Source of the DNA: a bacterium
GTDB lineage: Bacteria; Electryoneota; Electryoneia; Electryoneales; Electryoneaceae
Assembly: GCA_963669175.1 (NCBI GenBank)
Contig: OY769902.1
Location: 5,088,001 to 5,152,000 of the forward strand
Length of the DNA stretch: 64,000 nt
Direction of reading: 5' to 3'
Part shown: positions 18,715 through 27,728 of the stretch, one piece after another
How positions within the stretch are numbered: the stretch's first letter is position 1
How the letters are laid out: every line of letters begins with the position of its first letter
Program-made: the position numbers and the translations under genes
Notes under the pieces: model-generated
Databases searched by the model: none
Told to the model about the DNA's origin: nothing
Seen by the model: the letters and a program-made list of their open reading frames with translations, nothing else

Positions 18715-19689
18715 ATGCAGACCGGTTATACACGACATAAGTCCTTTACCTGTCGGAAGTTTCATTGCATGGAACGCCTGCCGCTAGTAGTATGTCTAAT
18801 CGTATCAGTCTTCATTCTTTGTTGGGCGCCAGTTGCTCAAGCCCAAAACAATGCTGTAACACCAATTGAAGAACCGGAACTGTTCAGGGAAGTAAGACTG
18901 GCCATGGATGCCTGGAATTACAACCTGGCTGAAACATTGCTGGCACGTATACATCCACGTTCACAACGGCGAGAGCAGGCCGACAGGCTGTTGACTCGAA
19001 TCAAGGCGCTTAAACGGTATGTGGTACAGTACAGGGTAAACCCCGGGGACACCTGGGAAAGTGTCAGCATGATCTATTTCCGAAGCGCAGATTATGTTGG
19101 ACGACTGGCCCAGTTTAATCAACGCGCGATTGATGACGAATTACATGCTGGTGAGACAATCTATATCCCCAGGATTCATGTTGACGTGCTCCTGGGATTC
19201 TCTGTTTTCGAACTTGAGGGCAACATCCGCATAGAAGATATGGCGGCCGGGCTCAGGATGCTGGAAAATGCCTATTCTCTCGATCCTGACTATCCCGGCT
19301 TGACCATGAAACTTGAACGCGCCAGGCATCAATTCAGCTTTAAACTCAACGATGAGAAAATCGACTCACTTGAAATGACTGCCGAATTATATGTTGCCCG
19401 AAGAGAGTTTTCACAGGCCATTGACTGTTTACGGAAAGCGCAGGCAATTCAGAGTAACCATGCGCGCGAACGTCGCATTCAAACTCTGATAGACCGACGT
19501 CAGGATTATCTGCCGGTGCTGTTTGAATTGGGGAATGCCGCTTTTCGTGAGAATGATCTCGAGAACGCACTTAAATACTGGCAACAGGTCTATGAGGCTG
19601 ATCCAGGATTTCGGGATGTCGGTGATCGCCTGGAAAAAACCAGAAACCTCCTACAGCACATGGATAGTGCAACGCGTGAGAAAAAGTGA
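18715..19689 (+). CDS. Exported LysM plus TPR protein
   Basis: Signal peptide ending AQA; YRVNPGDT...G.TIYIP LysM motif; C-terminal TPR; start may be 18769. Confidence 0.75.
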   Translation: MQTGYTRHKSFTCRKFHCMERLPLVVCLIVSVFILCWAPVAQAQNNAVTPIEEPELFREVRLAMDAWNYNLAETLLARIHPRSQRREQADRLLTRIKALKRYVVQYRVNPGDTWESVSMIYFRSADYVGRLAQFNQRAIDDELHAGETIYIPRIHVDVLLGFSVFELEGNIRIEDMAAGLRMLENAYSLDPDYPGLTMKLERARHQFSFKLNDEKIDSLEMTAELYVARREFSQAIDCLRKAQAIQSNHARERRIQTLIDRRQDYLPVLFELGNAAFRENDLENALKYWQQVYEADPGFRDVGDRLEKTRNLLQHMDSATREKK

Positions 19690-21563
19690 TGACAGGACAA
19701 CCTAAAGAAATCACCCGGCAGGCCTGGATTGGCACGGGAGTAATCCTGCTGATAGTCCTGCTGGCCATTCCACTGGGTAGAACATTCCGCATGTGGGGAG
19801 TGGATGCCATTGCCTCTCTCGCGCCGACACTCCGCTGGAGCTACCTGGGTGGTGTTGCCCTGTTTGTCCTGCTGGCAAGGTATGCTGCCGGCATTCTCAA
19901 CCAGAAGTCTTTCCCCTACTACATTCCCTGGCATTTCATCCTGGCGGTGGCATTCGCTTTGATGACCTATATCCTCCCGGCAAGCACATTCCTTCGTGGC
20001 GATGGGCAATTGATCATTAATAATCTTTCCATCTTTCATCCGGCATCGCACCGTAGCCCTTTAACTGCATTTATTTCAGGACTGGTTTATAACGGCGGCT
20101 CCCCAATGGGGATGGAACCGCACACGGTTTACCGCCTGCTGAATTCACTGGCCGCATTCCTGATGATGATGGCAGCCCAGCGCTTTGCTACACAGTTTGA
20201 ATCCTTTTCAGGACAGGTGCTGGCTGTATTAGCCCTGCTATTCACCGGAGTTGTGCCTACCCTGTTCGGAGTTGTTGAGCATTATCCACTTGCCTATGCG
20301 ACCAATCTATGGGTATTGGTGCTTGCTCTTGAAGCGGTTCAGGAACGAAAATTCCCTATTGTAGCTATTCTTCTGCTGGTTGTCGCAATCGGGCTGCATG
20401 TATCCGCAATTGTATTCATCCCTGCCCTGATCCTGACATGGCCTCAGATCAGATCGAGGACTGCCTGGATTTTATGCGTAACCATATCTGTGATCGGACT
20501 GGTTGCGGCTCTATTTGGCGCTCCGAGGCAACTGATACCGCCTTTCGGCCCTGCTTCAGCTTCTGATGCCTATTCACTATGGTCGATCAAACATATCCTT
20601 GACCTGATGAACCTGGTATTCTGGTCAAGCCCGGTATTGCTGGCCATCCTGATACCGTTAAACATTCGCGCGCCTAAAGCGTCTGTTTCCCGAGCAGACC
20701 AATACTTATTACTGGCTTCTCTGGGCGCCATCGGTTTTACTGTGCTTTTTGACCCGGACCTTGGCATGCCACGAGATGTTGATCTCCTGGCGCTTTATTC
20801 GCTTCCGGTAACCCTGTATTCCCTGTACCGGTTAAGACGAGTCGAAGATTGGCTTTCCCTGAACCTGATTTCCCCGGTACTGGTTGTGGGACTGCTGACA
20901 ATTGGCGCTACTGTTGCCATGCAGAGATCCGAGAAGGCGACAGTTTCACGCTTTATTCATCTGCTGAACCTGGATGAAAGAAGAAGCTCCTATGGCTGGG
21001 AAGTTCTGGCAATGCATCACCGTGCAAACCGAAATACAGAACAGGAGACATTCGCGTATGAAAAAGCAATACGATTCAAGGAACACCCCAGGTATTTAAC
21101 CCGGCTTTCCCAATTGGCCATGAATGAAAAGGATTATGATAAGGCTGAAAAATATATTGATCGTGCTATAAAGGCTGACAGCACATTCGCTCTGGCTTAC
21201 GGGGTGCGTGGCCAGATCTTCAATATTCAGAACAATTTGACACAAGCCGAAATCAATTTCAGACGTGCATTGGAGTTTGATCCTTCGATAGGAACTCATT
21301 ATGCCAATCTTGCAGCCTTTCTAAGTGAACAGGGCAGGCTGGAAGAAGCATTGGCTATTGTCGTAGAAGGAACATCAAAATCTCCTCCCGATGCCCACCT
21401 CTATTATATTTATGGAAATATTCTTGAATTGAGCGGGAAACAGACTGAAGCATTCACCTATTACGGTCTTGCGTTACGTATACATCAGCATGGACCATGG
21501 GGGGCTATGGCTGCGCAAGCGCAGGAAAGATTGTTATCATCCCCCCCGCCGGAATTGGAGTAG
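19686..21563 (+). CDS. Polytopic membrane protein with C-terminal TPRs
   Basis: Roughly 11-12 hydrophobic segments followed by several TPR-like repeats; GT-C-like overall layout (inference). Confidence 0.7.
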   Translation: MMTGQPKEITRQAWIGTGVILLIVLLAIPLGRTFRMWGVDAIASLAPTLRWSYLGGVALFVLLARYAAGILNQKSFPYYIPWHFILAVAFALMTYILPASTFLRGDGQLIINNLSIFHPASHRSPLTAFISGLVYNGGSPMGMEPHTVYRLLNSLAAFLMMMAAQRFATQFESFSGQVLAVLALLFTGVVPTLFGVVEHYPLAYATNLWVLVLALEAVQERKFPIVAILLLVVAIGLHVSAIVFIPALILTWPQIRSRTAWILCVTISVIGLVAALFGAPRQLIPPFGPASASDAYSLWSIKHILDLMNLVFWSSPVLLAILIPLNIRAPKASVSRADQYLLLASLGAIGFTVLFDPDLGMPRDVDLLALYSLPVTLYSLYRLRRVEDWLSLNLISPVLVVGLLTIGATVAMQRSEKATVSRFIHLLNLDERRSSYGWEVLAMHHRANRNTEQETFAYEKAIRFKEHPRYLTRLSQLAMNEKDYDKAEKYIDRAIKADSTFALAYGVRGQIFNIQNNLTQAEINFRRALEFDPSIGTHYANLAAFLSEQGRLEEALAIVVEGTSKSPPDAHLYYIYGNILELSGKQTEAFTYYGLALRIHQHGPWGAMAAQAQERLLSSPPPELE

Positions 21564-21689
21564 ATCGCTTGCCTCCTCTTCCAACAGCGACTACTTTCAT
21601 TTGCTTCTGCCTGAAGGGGTAATCAGTACTTGGAACTGAGCCGTATATACCGAGTAAAACCCCACAACGCTTGATATTTGGAGGGAACG

Positions 21690-23465
21690 GTGTCACGACA
21701 GTGGATGGTTTGGATTGGAGTTTTTGTTATTGCGACAACCCTCGGAGTACTGGGATGTCAGCAAAGTCCGTCATGGGTGGCCAAAGTTGAAGCCGTTGGT
21801 GATATAGACGAATGGGTACTTTCGCCAGATGAGTTCAAAGATATTGCAGCTCGACGCTGGATCAACCTGGAAAACGCGGCAAAACAGCCTGAGCAGGATC
21901 TCGAAGACTATGCTGCCGAGCTGGCTCTTCATCAAATGAAGGTGATTGACGGGTACAACAAAGGGTACGGCCAGCATCCGGAGGCTATTCAGGATTACCA
22001 GGTCATGCTGGACAGGGAAGCTGTCAAGGCCATGCTGAATGGTGAGATCCTTGAAAAACTCGTTACGGAAGACGAAATCAAGGCATTTTACAATCATGAT
22101 CGTGAAGAAGTGGAAGTGTCTCACATCATGCTGAAGGTCGATGAGGACGACACAGACAAAGATTTGCAGAAAAAGCTGGTCATGATCCGGCGCGAAGCCA
22201 TGAACGGTAAAGATTTTTCCGAACTGGCCCAGGAATACAATGAAGATGAAAGCACCTTCAACCAGTATGGGAAAGATCCAAACGGGTATATCGGATGGAC
22301 ACAGTGGGGACGGATGGTAGACCCATTCCAGGAAGCCATGTTCAACCTGAAACCCGGTGAAATCTCAGAACCGGTAAAGACAATCTATGGCTGGCACCTG
22401 ATCAAGGTACACGGAAAACGTCAACGTGAAATCGAGCCCCTGGAAAAAGCACGTACTCGCATCATTCAAGCCATTGCCTACAGGAAGCAGGATACGTTAC
22501 AGGCTACTGCCATGGCTTTTATTGATCAGGCCATGAGCGAACGTCAGTTTAAACTGCATGAAGACAACATTACACGGATCTATGCTGCGCTGGAAGACAA
22601 GAAAAGAAAGCCGGACCCCCTTTCCCTGTTGACCGCGGAACAGCAACAGACACCGCTTGCCTCGATTGATGACGGCAAGGTATTTGTAACGATTCGTGAC
22701 GTCATCACCCAGGCTCAGGATGTTGGTCCGGTCAGCCGCGCGATCAGGGATGAAGAAACTCTGAAGGAAATCGCAGAGAAGATCATTCAGAATGATCATG
22801 TTCTCCCAGATAAGGCAAAAGCCCTTGGGTATTATGAGGATCCTGATGCAGTAAAAGCTGCCCGTGATGCTCGCAATCGCAAGGTCGGTCAACTGGTCCA
22901 GCGCGCCATGATTTATGACCGTTCAAAGCCAAGCGAAGATCAAGCCCGCGAATTCTTTGAACAGCATAAAGATGATTACAAGACTGATCCCAGATTTACG
23001 TTGATAGAAATCCTGCTGTCCGATGAAAACATGGCCAATGAACTGGCCGCACGTATTCGCAATGGCGAAAACATGCGTCAGTTGGCGGCTACCTATTCGG
23101 AACGCAAAACCACAGGCAACAACGAAGCCGGTATCCTTGGCCCGATCAGGCCAACCCAGTACGGAACCATCGGGAAAAAGGCCGCCGAAGCTGAAATGGG
23201 CGAGCTGGTTGGTCCTTTTGAGATCCAGGGACAGAAGAAATGGTCCCTGTTCAAGATTATCGCCAAAGAAGAACCGCAACCGCAGGAATTCGAAGCCGTT
23301 CGCCAGAAGGTCATCGGTGATATGAGCATGCAGTTACGGAAGGATTTCCAGAGTGCGTGGGAAGACAGCCTGCGTGGCGCCATTGATTACAAGGTAGCCC
23401 GTGGACTGACACACATCTTTGATGATGTCAAACCGGCTCCTGAACCTGAACGCGTTGACAAATGA
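21690..23465 (+). CDS. Parvulin-type peptidyl-prolyl isomerase lipoprotein
   Basis: Lipobox VLGC; SHIM, FSELA, ISEPVKTIYGWHLIK; second rotamase domain; GGAGG RBS before GTG. Confidence 0.88.
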   Translation: MSRQWMVWIGVFVIATTLGVLGCQQSPSWVAKVEAVGDIDEWVLSPDEFKDIAARRWINLENAAKQPEQDLEDYAAELALHQMKVIDGYNKGYGQHPEAIQDYQVMLDREAVKAMLNGEILEKLVTEDEIKAFYNHDREEVEVSHIMLKVDEDDTDKDLQKKLVMIRREAMNGKDFSELAQEYNEDESTFNQYGKDPNGYIGWTQWGRMVDPFQEAMFNLKPGEISEPVKTIYGWHLIKVHGKRQREIEPLEKARTRIIQAIAYRKQDTLQATAMAFIDQAMSERQFKLHEDNITRIYAALEDKKRKPDPLSLLTAEQQQTPLASIDDGKVFVTIRDVITQAQDVGPVSRAIRDEETLKEIAEKIIQNDHVLPDKAKALGYYEDPDAVKAARDARNRKVGQLVQRAMIYDRSKPSEDQAREFFEQHKDDYKTDPRFTLIEILLSDENMANELAARIRNGENMRQLAATYSERKTTGNNEAGILGPIRPTQYGTIGKKAAEAEMGELVGPFEIQGQKKWSLFKIIAKEEPQPQEFEAVRQKVIGDMSMQLRKDFQSAWEDSLRGAIDYKVARGLTHIFDDVKPAPEPERVDK

Positions 23466-24373
23466 GAACTTTCCCCGTCATCTGCCTGGTCTGCTTGCTG
23501 CTTGCCGGATTCATCCTGGTGATCGGATGCGGTGAGTTTCGGCAGGATGATCCTGTCATTGCACGGGTAAGCAAACGCGATTTGACAGATGGCGAAGTCA
23601 CCCAGGCGCTTGTACAGATGCACCTGGACCCAGGTGATGAGTTGCTTCGGACACAGTACATCAACTCCTGGGTTGACCGTCAACTCCTGCTCCATGAAGC
23701 GCAGGAACAGGGAATTGATCAAAGTCGTGAGTTCCGGAAAGCGCTACAGGATTTACGTGAAGAATTGATCATCAACCAGTTGCTGGCTACAGTGAACGAC
23801 AGCACCACGGTCAGCGAAGCGGCAGTCATCAATTACTGGCGTGATCACACGGATGAATTCAAGCGCCCCACGATGGAAGTGCGGACAATCGTCTGTTCTT
23901 CAGATGACAGAAATACGGCGTGGGGAATTCGGAACGCGCTGGATCGTTCCCAGGAAGGCGACGCGATACTGGAGAATTATCCGGGAACACAACTGGATAC
24001 AACGACCTGGATCAGCCCTGACAGGTTGCCACATAAACTGGCACAAAGCCTGACTTCGTTGCGAACCGGGCAAAGCAGCCTTCCGGTCGAAATTGACGGT
24101 AACTGGTATGTCATCAAACTGCTGGATCGTTCCGCAGCAGGTGAAACCAGGCCGATAGACGAAGTGCATGATTATATCAAATCGATCTTGAAAGCAGAAA
24201 CAGCGGAGCTTGCGCAAATCGACTATATCAACGCCTTGCGCAGAGAAGCCCGAAGCGAAGGTTTGGTGCAGATAAACATGCCACCCCAGAACTGGGGCGC
24301 GCAGAGTGAATCCGCTACGGTTCAGGATTCAGTAGCAGCATCGATAGACACCACTACCAGTCCGGAGGAGTAA
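23462..24373 (+). CDS. Parvulin/SurA-like foldase lipoprotein
   Basis: Lipobox LVIGC; SurA-N-like region and degenerate rotamase domain (SLPVEIDGNWYVIK). Confidence 0.78.
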   Translation: MRTFPVICLVCLLLAGFILVIGCGEFRQDDPVIARVSKRDLTDGEVTQALVQMHLDPGDELLRTQYINSWVDRQLLLHEAQEQGIDQSREFRKALQDLREELIINQLLATVNDSTTVSEAAVINYWRDHTDEFKRPTMEVRTIVCSSDDRNTAWGIRNALDRSQEGDAILENYPGTQLDTTTWISPDRLPHKLAQSLTSLRTGQSSLPVEIDGNWYVIKLLDRSAAGETRPIDEVHDYIKSILKAETAELAQIDYINALRREARSEGLVQINMPPQNWGAQSESATVQDSVAASIDTTTSPEE

Positions 24374-24376
24374 TTC

Positions 24377-25678
24377 GTGGTACGCATTAAGTCAGTATTT
24401 CTCGTCCTGTTGCTTGTTCTCTTGGCGGCAACCGTGTTTGCACAGGATGATTACCAGGTAGTGGACCGTGTCCTTGCTGTGGTAGATGACGAGATTATCC
24501 TCGAATCCGAGGTGATGCAGTTCGTGCAGGATATTGCCATTCGTGACCCTGACCGTTACAAAGACATGGCCTCGATTGTGGAATTGCGTGACCAGGTGCT
24601 GGAAGAACTGATTACGCAGAAGATTCTCCTCTCGGCGGCATTGGCGGACACCAATGTCAAGGTGGAGGATCGTGAAGTTGACATGACCCTGGATGACCGT
24701 CTCAACTCGGTTATCAGCCAGGTCGGCGGCGAAGAAAAGCTGGAAGAGTATTACGGCAAGCCTATCCGTCAAATCCGTCGTGATTACCGCAAACAGGTTC
24801 GTGAAAGCCTGTATGTGGATCGTTTGCGCAACCACAAAATGATGGGGATTTCCGTAAACCGACAGGAAATTGAGGCGTTTTATGCCAAGCATGAAGCTGA
24901 AATGCCGACACTGCCCGAGCAGTCGCGTCTTTCCCATATCCTGATCAAAATCGAACCTGCCTCTTCCGCAAAAGAAGCGGCCAAGTCCCTCGCCGACAGC
25001 CTGTTCACTCAACTGGTCATCGGTGAAGAGTTTGCCAAGCTGGCTATGGAGTTCTCTGATGACGTTGCCACCGGCGCTAAAGGCGGACTGCTGGGCACAA
25101 CTGAACGTGGCGATCTGGTCCCGGCCTACGAAGAAGTAGCTTACAGCCTTGAAGAAGGCGAAATATCGGAACCTGTTCTTTCACCCTTCGGCTACCATAT
25201 CATCATGCTGAACTGGCGGCGTGGTGAGAAGATCAATACCAGCCACATCCTCATCAAGCTGGCAGCCAGCAAGCAGGATGAACAACGGGCTTTGGAAGAG
25301 ATCGGACGTATCCGTCAGACTATCCTGGACACGGACAGCACCTTTGTTCAGATGGCAAAGCTGTATTCGCAAGACACCGAAACCGCGGCGATGGGCGGTG
25401 ACCTTGGCTGGTATGACCAGAACGCCCTGCCCGATGATTTCCGCTACATCGTTCAGGATTTGCAGGCCGGAGAGATCAGCAATCCGTTCAAATCCCGTTT
25501 CGGCTACCAGATCGTAAAGGTTGTTGAACGTAGTGAAGAACGTCCCATGAGCCTGCAGAAGGACTGGAACCGTATCAGCCGCATGGCGTTGATGGAAAAA
25601 CAGGATATCGTTTTCAGGGAATGGGTGGATACCCTGCGAGAACGTGTGTACGTCGAGGTGATGCCCGTAGAACAGTAG
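24377..25678 (+). CDS. surA: SurA-like periplasmic chaperone/PPIase
   Basis: DRVLAVVDDEIILESE N-terminal domain; two parvulin domains (SHILI, GG.LG, SPFGYHI, SRFGYQI). Confidence 0.88.
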   Translation: MVRIKSVFLVLLLVLLAATVFAQDDYQVVDRVLAVVDDEIILESEVMQFVQDIAIRDPDRYKDMASIVELRDQVLEELITQKILLSAALADTNVKVEDREVDMTLDDRLNSVISQVGGEEKLEEYYGKPIRQIRRDYRKQVRESLYVDRLRNHKMMGISVNRQEIEAFYAKHEAEMPTLPEQSRLSHILIKIEPASSAKEAAKSLADSLFTQLVIGEEFAKLAMEFSDDVATGAKGGLLGTTERGDLVPAYEEVAYSLEEGEISEPVLSPFGYHIIMLNWRRGEKINTSHILIKLAASKQDEQRALEEIGRIRQTILDTDSTFVQMAKLYSQDTETAAMGGDLGWYDQNALPDDFRYIVQDLQAGEISNPFKSRFGYQIVKVVERSEERPMSLQKDWNRISRMALMEKQDIVFREWVDTLRERVYVEVMPVEQ

Positions 25679-25710
25679 AGTTTGTCCATACAATCGGATC
25701 AATACTTTCA

Positions 25711-25754
25711 AGCGCCGGATTGCTGATTATATGCTTTCCGGCGCTGTTTTTGTT
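25711..25754 (+). terminator. Probable intrinsic terminator after surA
   Basis: AGCGCCGGA...TCCGGCGCT stem followed by GTTTTTGTT. Confidence 0.65.
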
Positions 25755-26194
25755 GATCATTGAATATGGCTTTAGAATACTGCCATTTATTTCTTCCTGT
25801 ATCTTGATTCTGGTCGGGTGGCCCGATTCGCAAGTGATGCAACTTCTCTTATCGTTACAGCATAAATACACTCGTTCCATTTTGCATTCAGATCAAGTCC
25901 AAAGAGCGCATCGGGACAAAGTCGGGAATTCAAGGTGTTGATAGTACGATCCATCTCGGTCCCGATGCGCTCATGGATTTGTCCTGTTTCCCTGTATCCT
26001 AAGAGTATTTCAGGGACAGTTATGATGTAAACAGTGTCACTTGCGTATCGGGCCACCCGTCTGAGGTAAATAAACAGGCATATGTTTACAGAAAATGGGG
26101 GCTGTTATACTTTTTCGCCAGCGAGTATGATAAGAATTGTTGATAATGTTTGACATATATACTTTAATGATCGTCTATCAGAATAATTTATTGC

Positions 26195-26342
26195 GAAAAA
26201 GGTAACTGTACCAACATTTTCACATAAAAGCTCTTCTAGTTGGAGAAAACGAAAAATTTGGTACAGTTACCTTTTCATCAATACTGAATTGGGACTGTCC
26301 TGCATTTGAAAACATGAAAAGGTAACAGTCCCATTTTTCGCC
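26195..26342. repeat. Cluster of AAAAGGTAACWGT-family repeats (MITE/REP-like)
   Basis: Three copies; 26250-26342 forms an approximately 93-bp unit with imperfect terminal inverted repeats, mirrored at 63155-63244. Confidence 0.75.
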
Positions 26343-26349
26343 TTCTTCT

Positions 26350-26811
26350 CTACCCCTGCAAGGCTTCCAGCTTCTTCTCCACCGCTTCCACGTGACCTTT
26401 CACCTTCACATTTTTCCATGACGCCGCGATGTTGCCGTCAGGGTCAACCAGAAATGTGCTGCGAATAACGCCCATGTATTCACGGCCGTAGTTCTTTTTC
26501 ATGCCCCAGGCGCCGTACGCTTCTATAACAGTATGCTCGGGATCGCTGAGCAGTGTAACCTTCAGATCATGCTTTTCGATGAAATTACGGTGGCTCTTGG
26601 TTGAGTCCGGGCTGACACCAAGCACAACCGCCTTTTTCGCGTCAAACGATGGCAATGCAGCGGTGAAATCGCAGGCTTCCGTAGTGCAGCCGGACGTATT
26701 ATCCTTCGGGTAAAAATAAAGTATAACCCACTGGCCTTTATAATCAGACAGGGAAATGTCTTTGTCGTCCTGGTTCTTCAACGTAAAATCGGTGGCTTTC
26801 TCGGCAGCCAT
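26350..26811 (-). CDS. bcp: Peroxiredoxin Bcp/PrxQ
   Basis: LYFYPKDNTSGCTTEAC, GVSPD and RSTFLVD motifs. Confidence 0.95.
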   Translation of the reverse strand: MAAEKATDFTLKNQDDKDISLSDYKGQWVILYFYPKDNTSGCTTEACDFTAALPSFDAKKAVVLGVSPDSTKSHRNFIEKHDLKVTLLSDPEHTVIEAYGAWGMKKNYGREYMGVIRSTFLVDPDGNIAASWKNVKVKGHVEAVEKKLEALQG

Positions 26812-27719
26812 TATTTCCTCCTTGGTTTTAACGAATCTGTAATTGTTTGATGCGTAAACCTGAAGCCTGATTCAAGCAGTTTGGCCGGGATGGCTCGCGC
26901 CCCGCCCAAGAGCATTTCTTCAGCCATTTCGCCCATCGTCAGCTTTAACACGGGCGCAGGAACGGCAAAAGGCGCTGAGCGTCCCAATGAATTGGCAAAC
27001 GCTTGCGTAAATCCGGCATTCGTGACCGGTTCCGGCGCTGTGGCATTGACCGGGCCGGACAGGCTTTCCTTTTCAATCGCATACAGGATAATCCGCACCA
27101 GGTCGGCCAGGCTGATCCAGCTCATGTACTGCTTTCCACTGCCTAACTTGCCCCCTGATCCCATCGTAAAAAGCGGTCGCAGACGCTCCAGCATGCCACC
27201 CTGATGGCTCAGCACAACGCCAATCCGTAGCGACACCACACGAATTCCGGCTGCCAAAGCAGGCTGAGTCGCTTCCTCCCACTCACGGCACACCCGGGCA
27301 AGAAAACCCTCTCCCGGTGGATCGGCTTCGGTTAACGGCACTTCGCCACGGTTTCCGTAATAACCCACCGCCGACGCAGAGATAAAAATCCCCGGTCCGG
27401 TTTCAAGATCGGCCAGGGATTCTGAAAGTTTGCGAGTGCCTTCGATACGACTGGTGCGGATACGTTCTTTCCGCTGCTTTGTCCAACGGCCCGAAGCGAT
27501 ATTCTCTCCGGCGAGATGGACTAACGCATCAACTCCGGACATGCTTTCCGGTTTATGCAGTCCTGATTCCGGGTACCATTCTATCTCATCAAATGAACGT
27601 GGCGCTCTCCGGACCAGGGGACGAACCTGCCATCCCTTCCGTTCACAGGCTTTGCGCAAGGTTGTGCCGACCAGACCTGAACTTCCGGACAGTGCGATTA
27701 TCTTGCCAGGTCTGCTCAT
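26811..27719 (-). CDS. YfcH/TIGR01777-family NAD(P)-binding epimerase-like protein
   Basis: GSSGLVG, LAGENI...RW, SASAVGYYG and G.QYMSWI motifs. Confidence 0.92.
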   Translation of the reverse strand: MSRPGKIIALSGSSGLVGTTLRKACERKGWQVRPLVRRAPRSFDEIEWYPESGLHKPESMSGVDALVHLAGENIASGRWTKQRKERIRTSRIEGTRKLSESLADLETGPGIFISASAVGYYGNRGEVPLTEADPPGEGFLARVCREWEEATQPALAAGIRVVSLRIGVVLSHQGGMLERLRPLFTMGSGGKLGSGKQYMSWISLADLVRIILYAIEKESLSGPVNATAPEPVTNAGFTQAFANSLGRSAPFAVPAPVLKLTMGEMAEEMLLGGARAIPAKLLESGFRFTHQTITDSLKPRRK

Positions 27720-27728
27720 GGACACCTC

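Noticed and set aside
25614-26056. Short ORFs downstream of surA
   Set aside because: Overlap a terminator and inverted repeats, with no RBS or recognisable domain.
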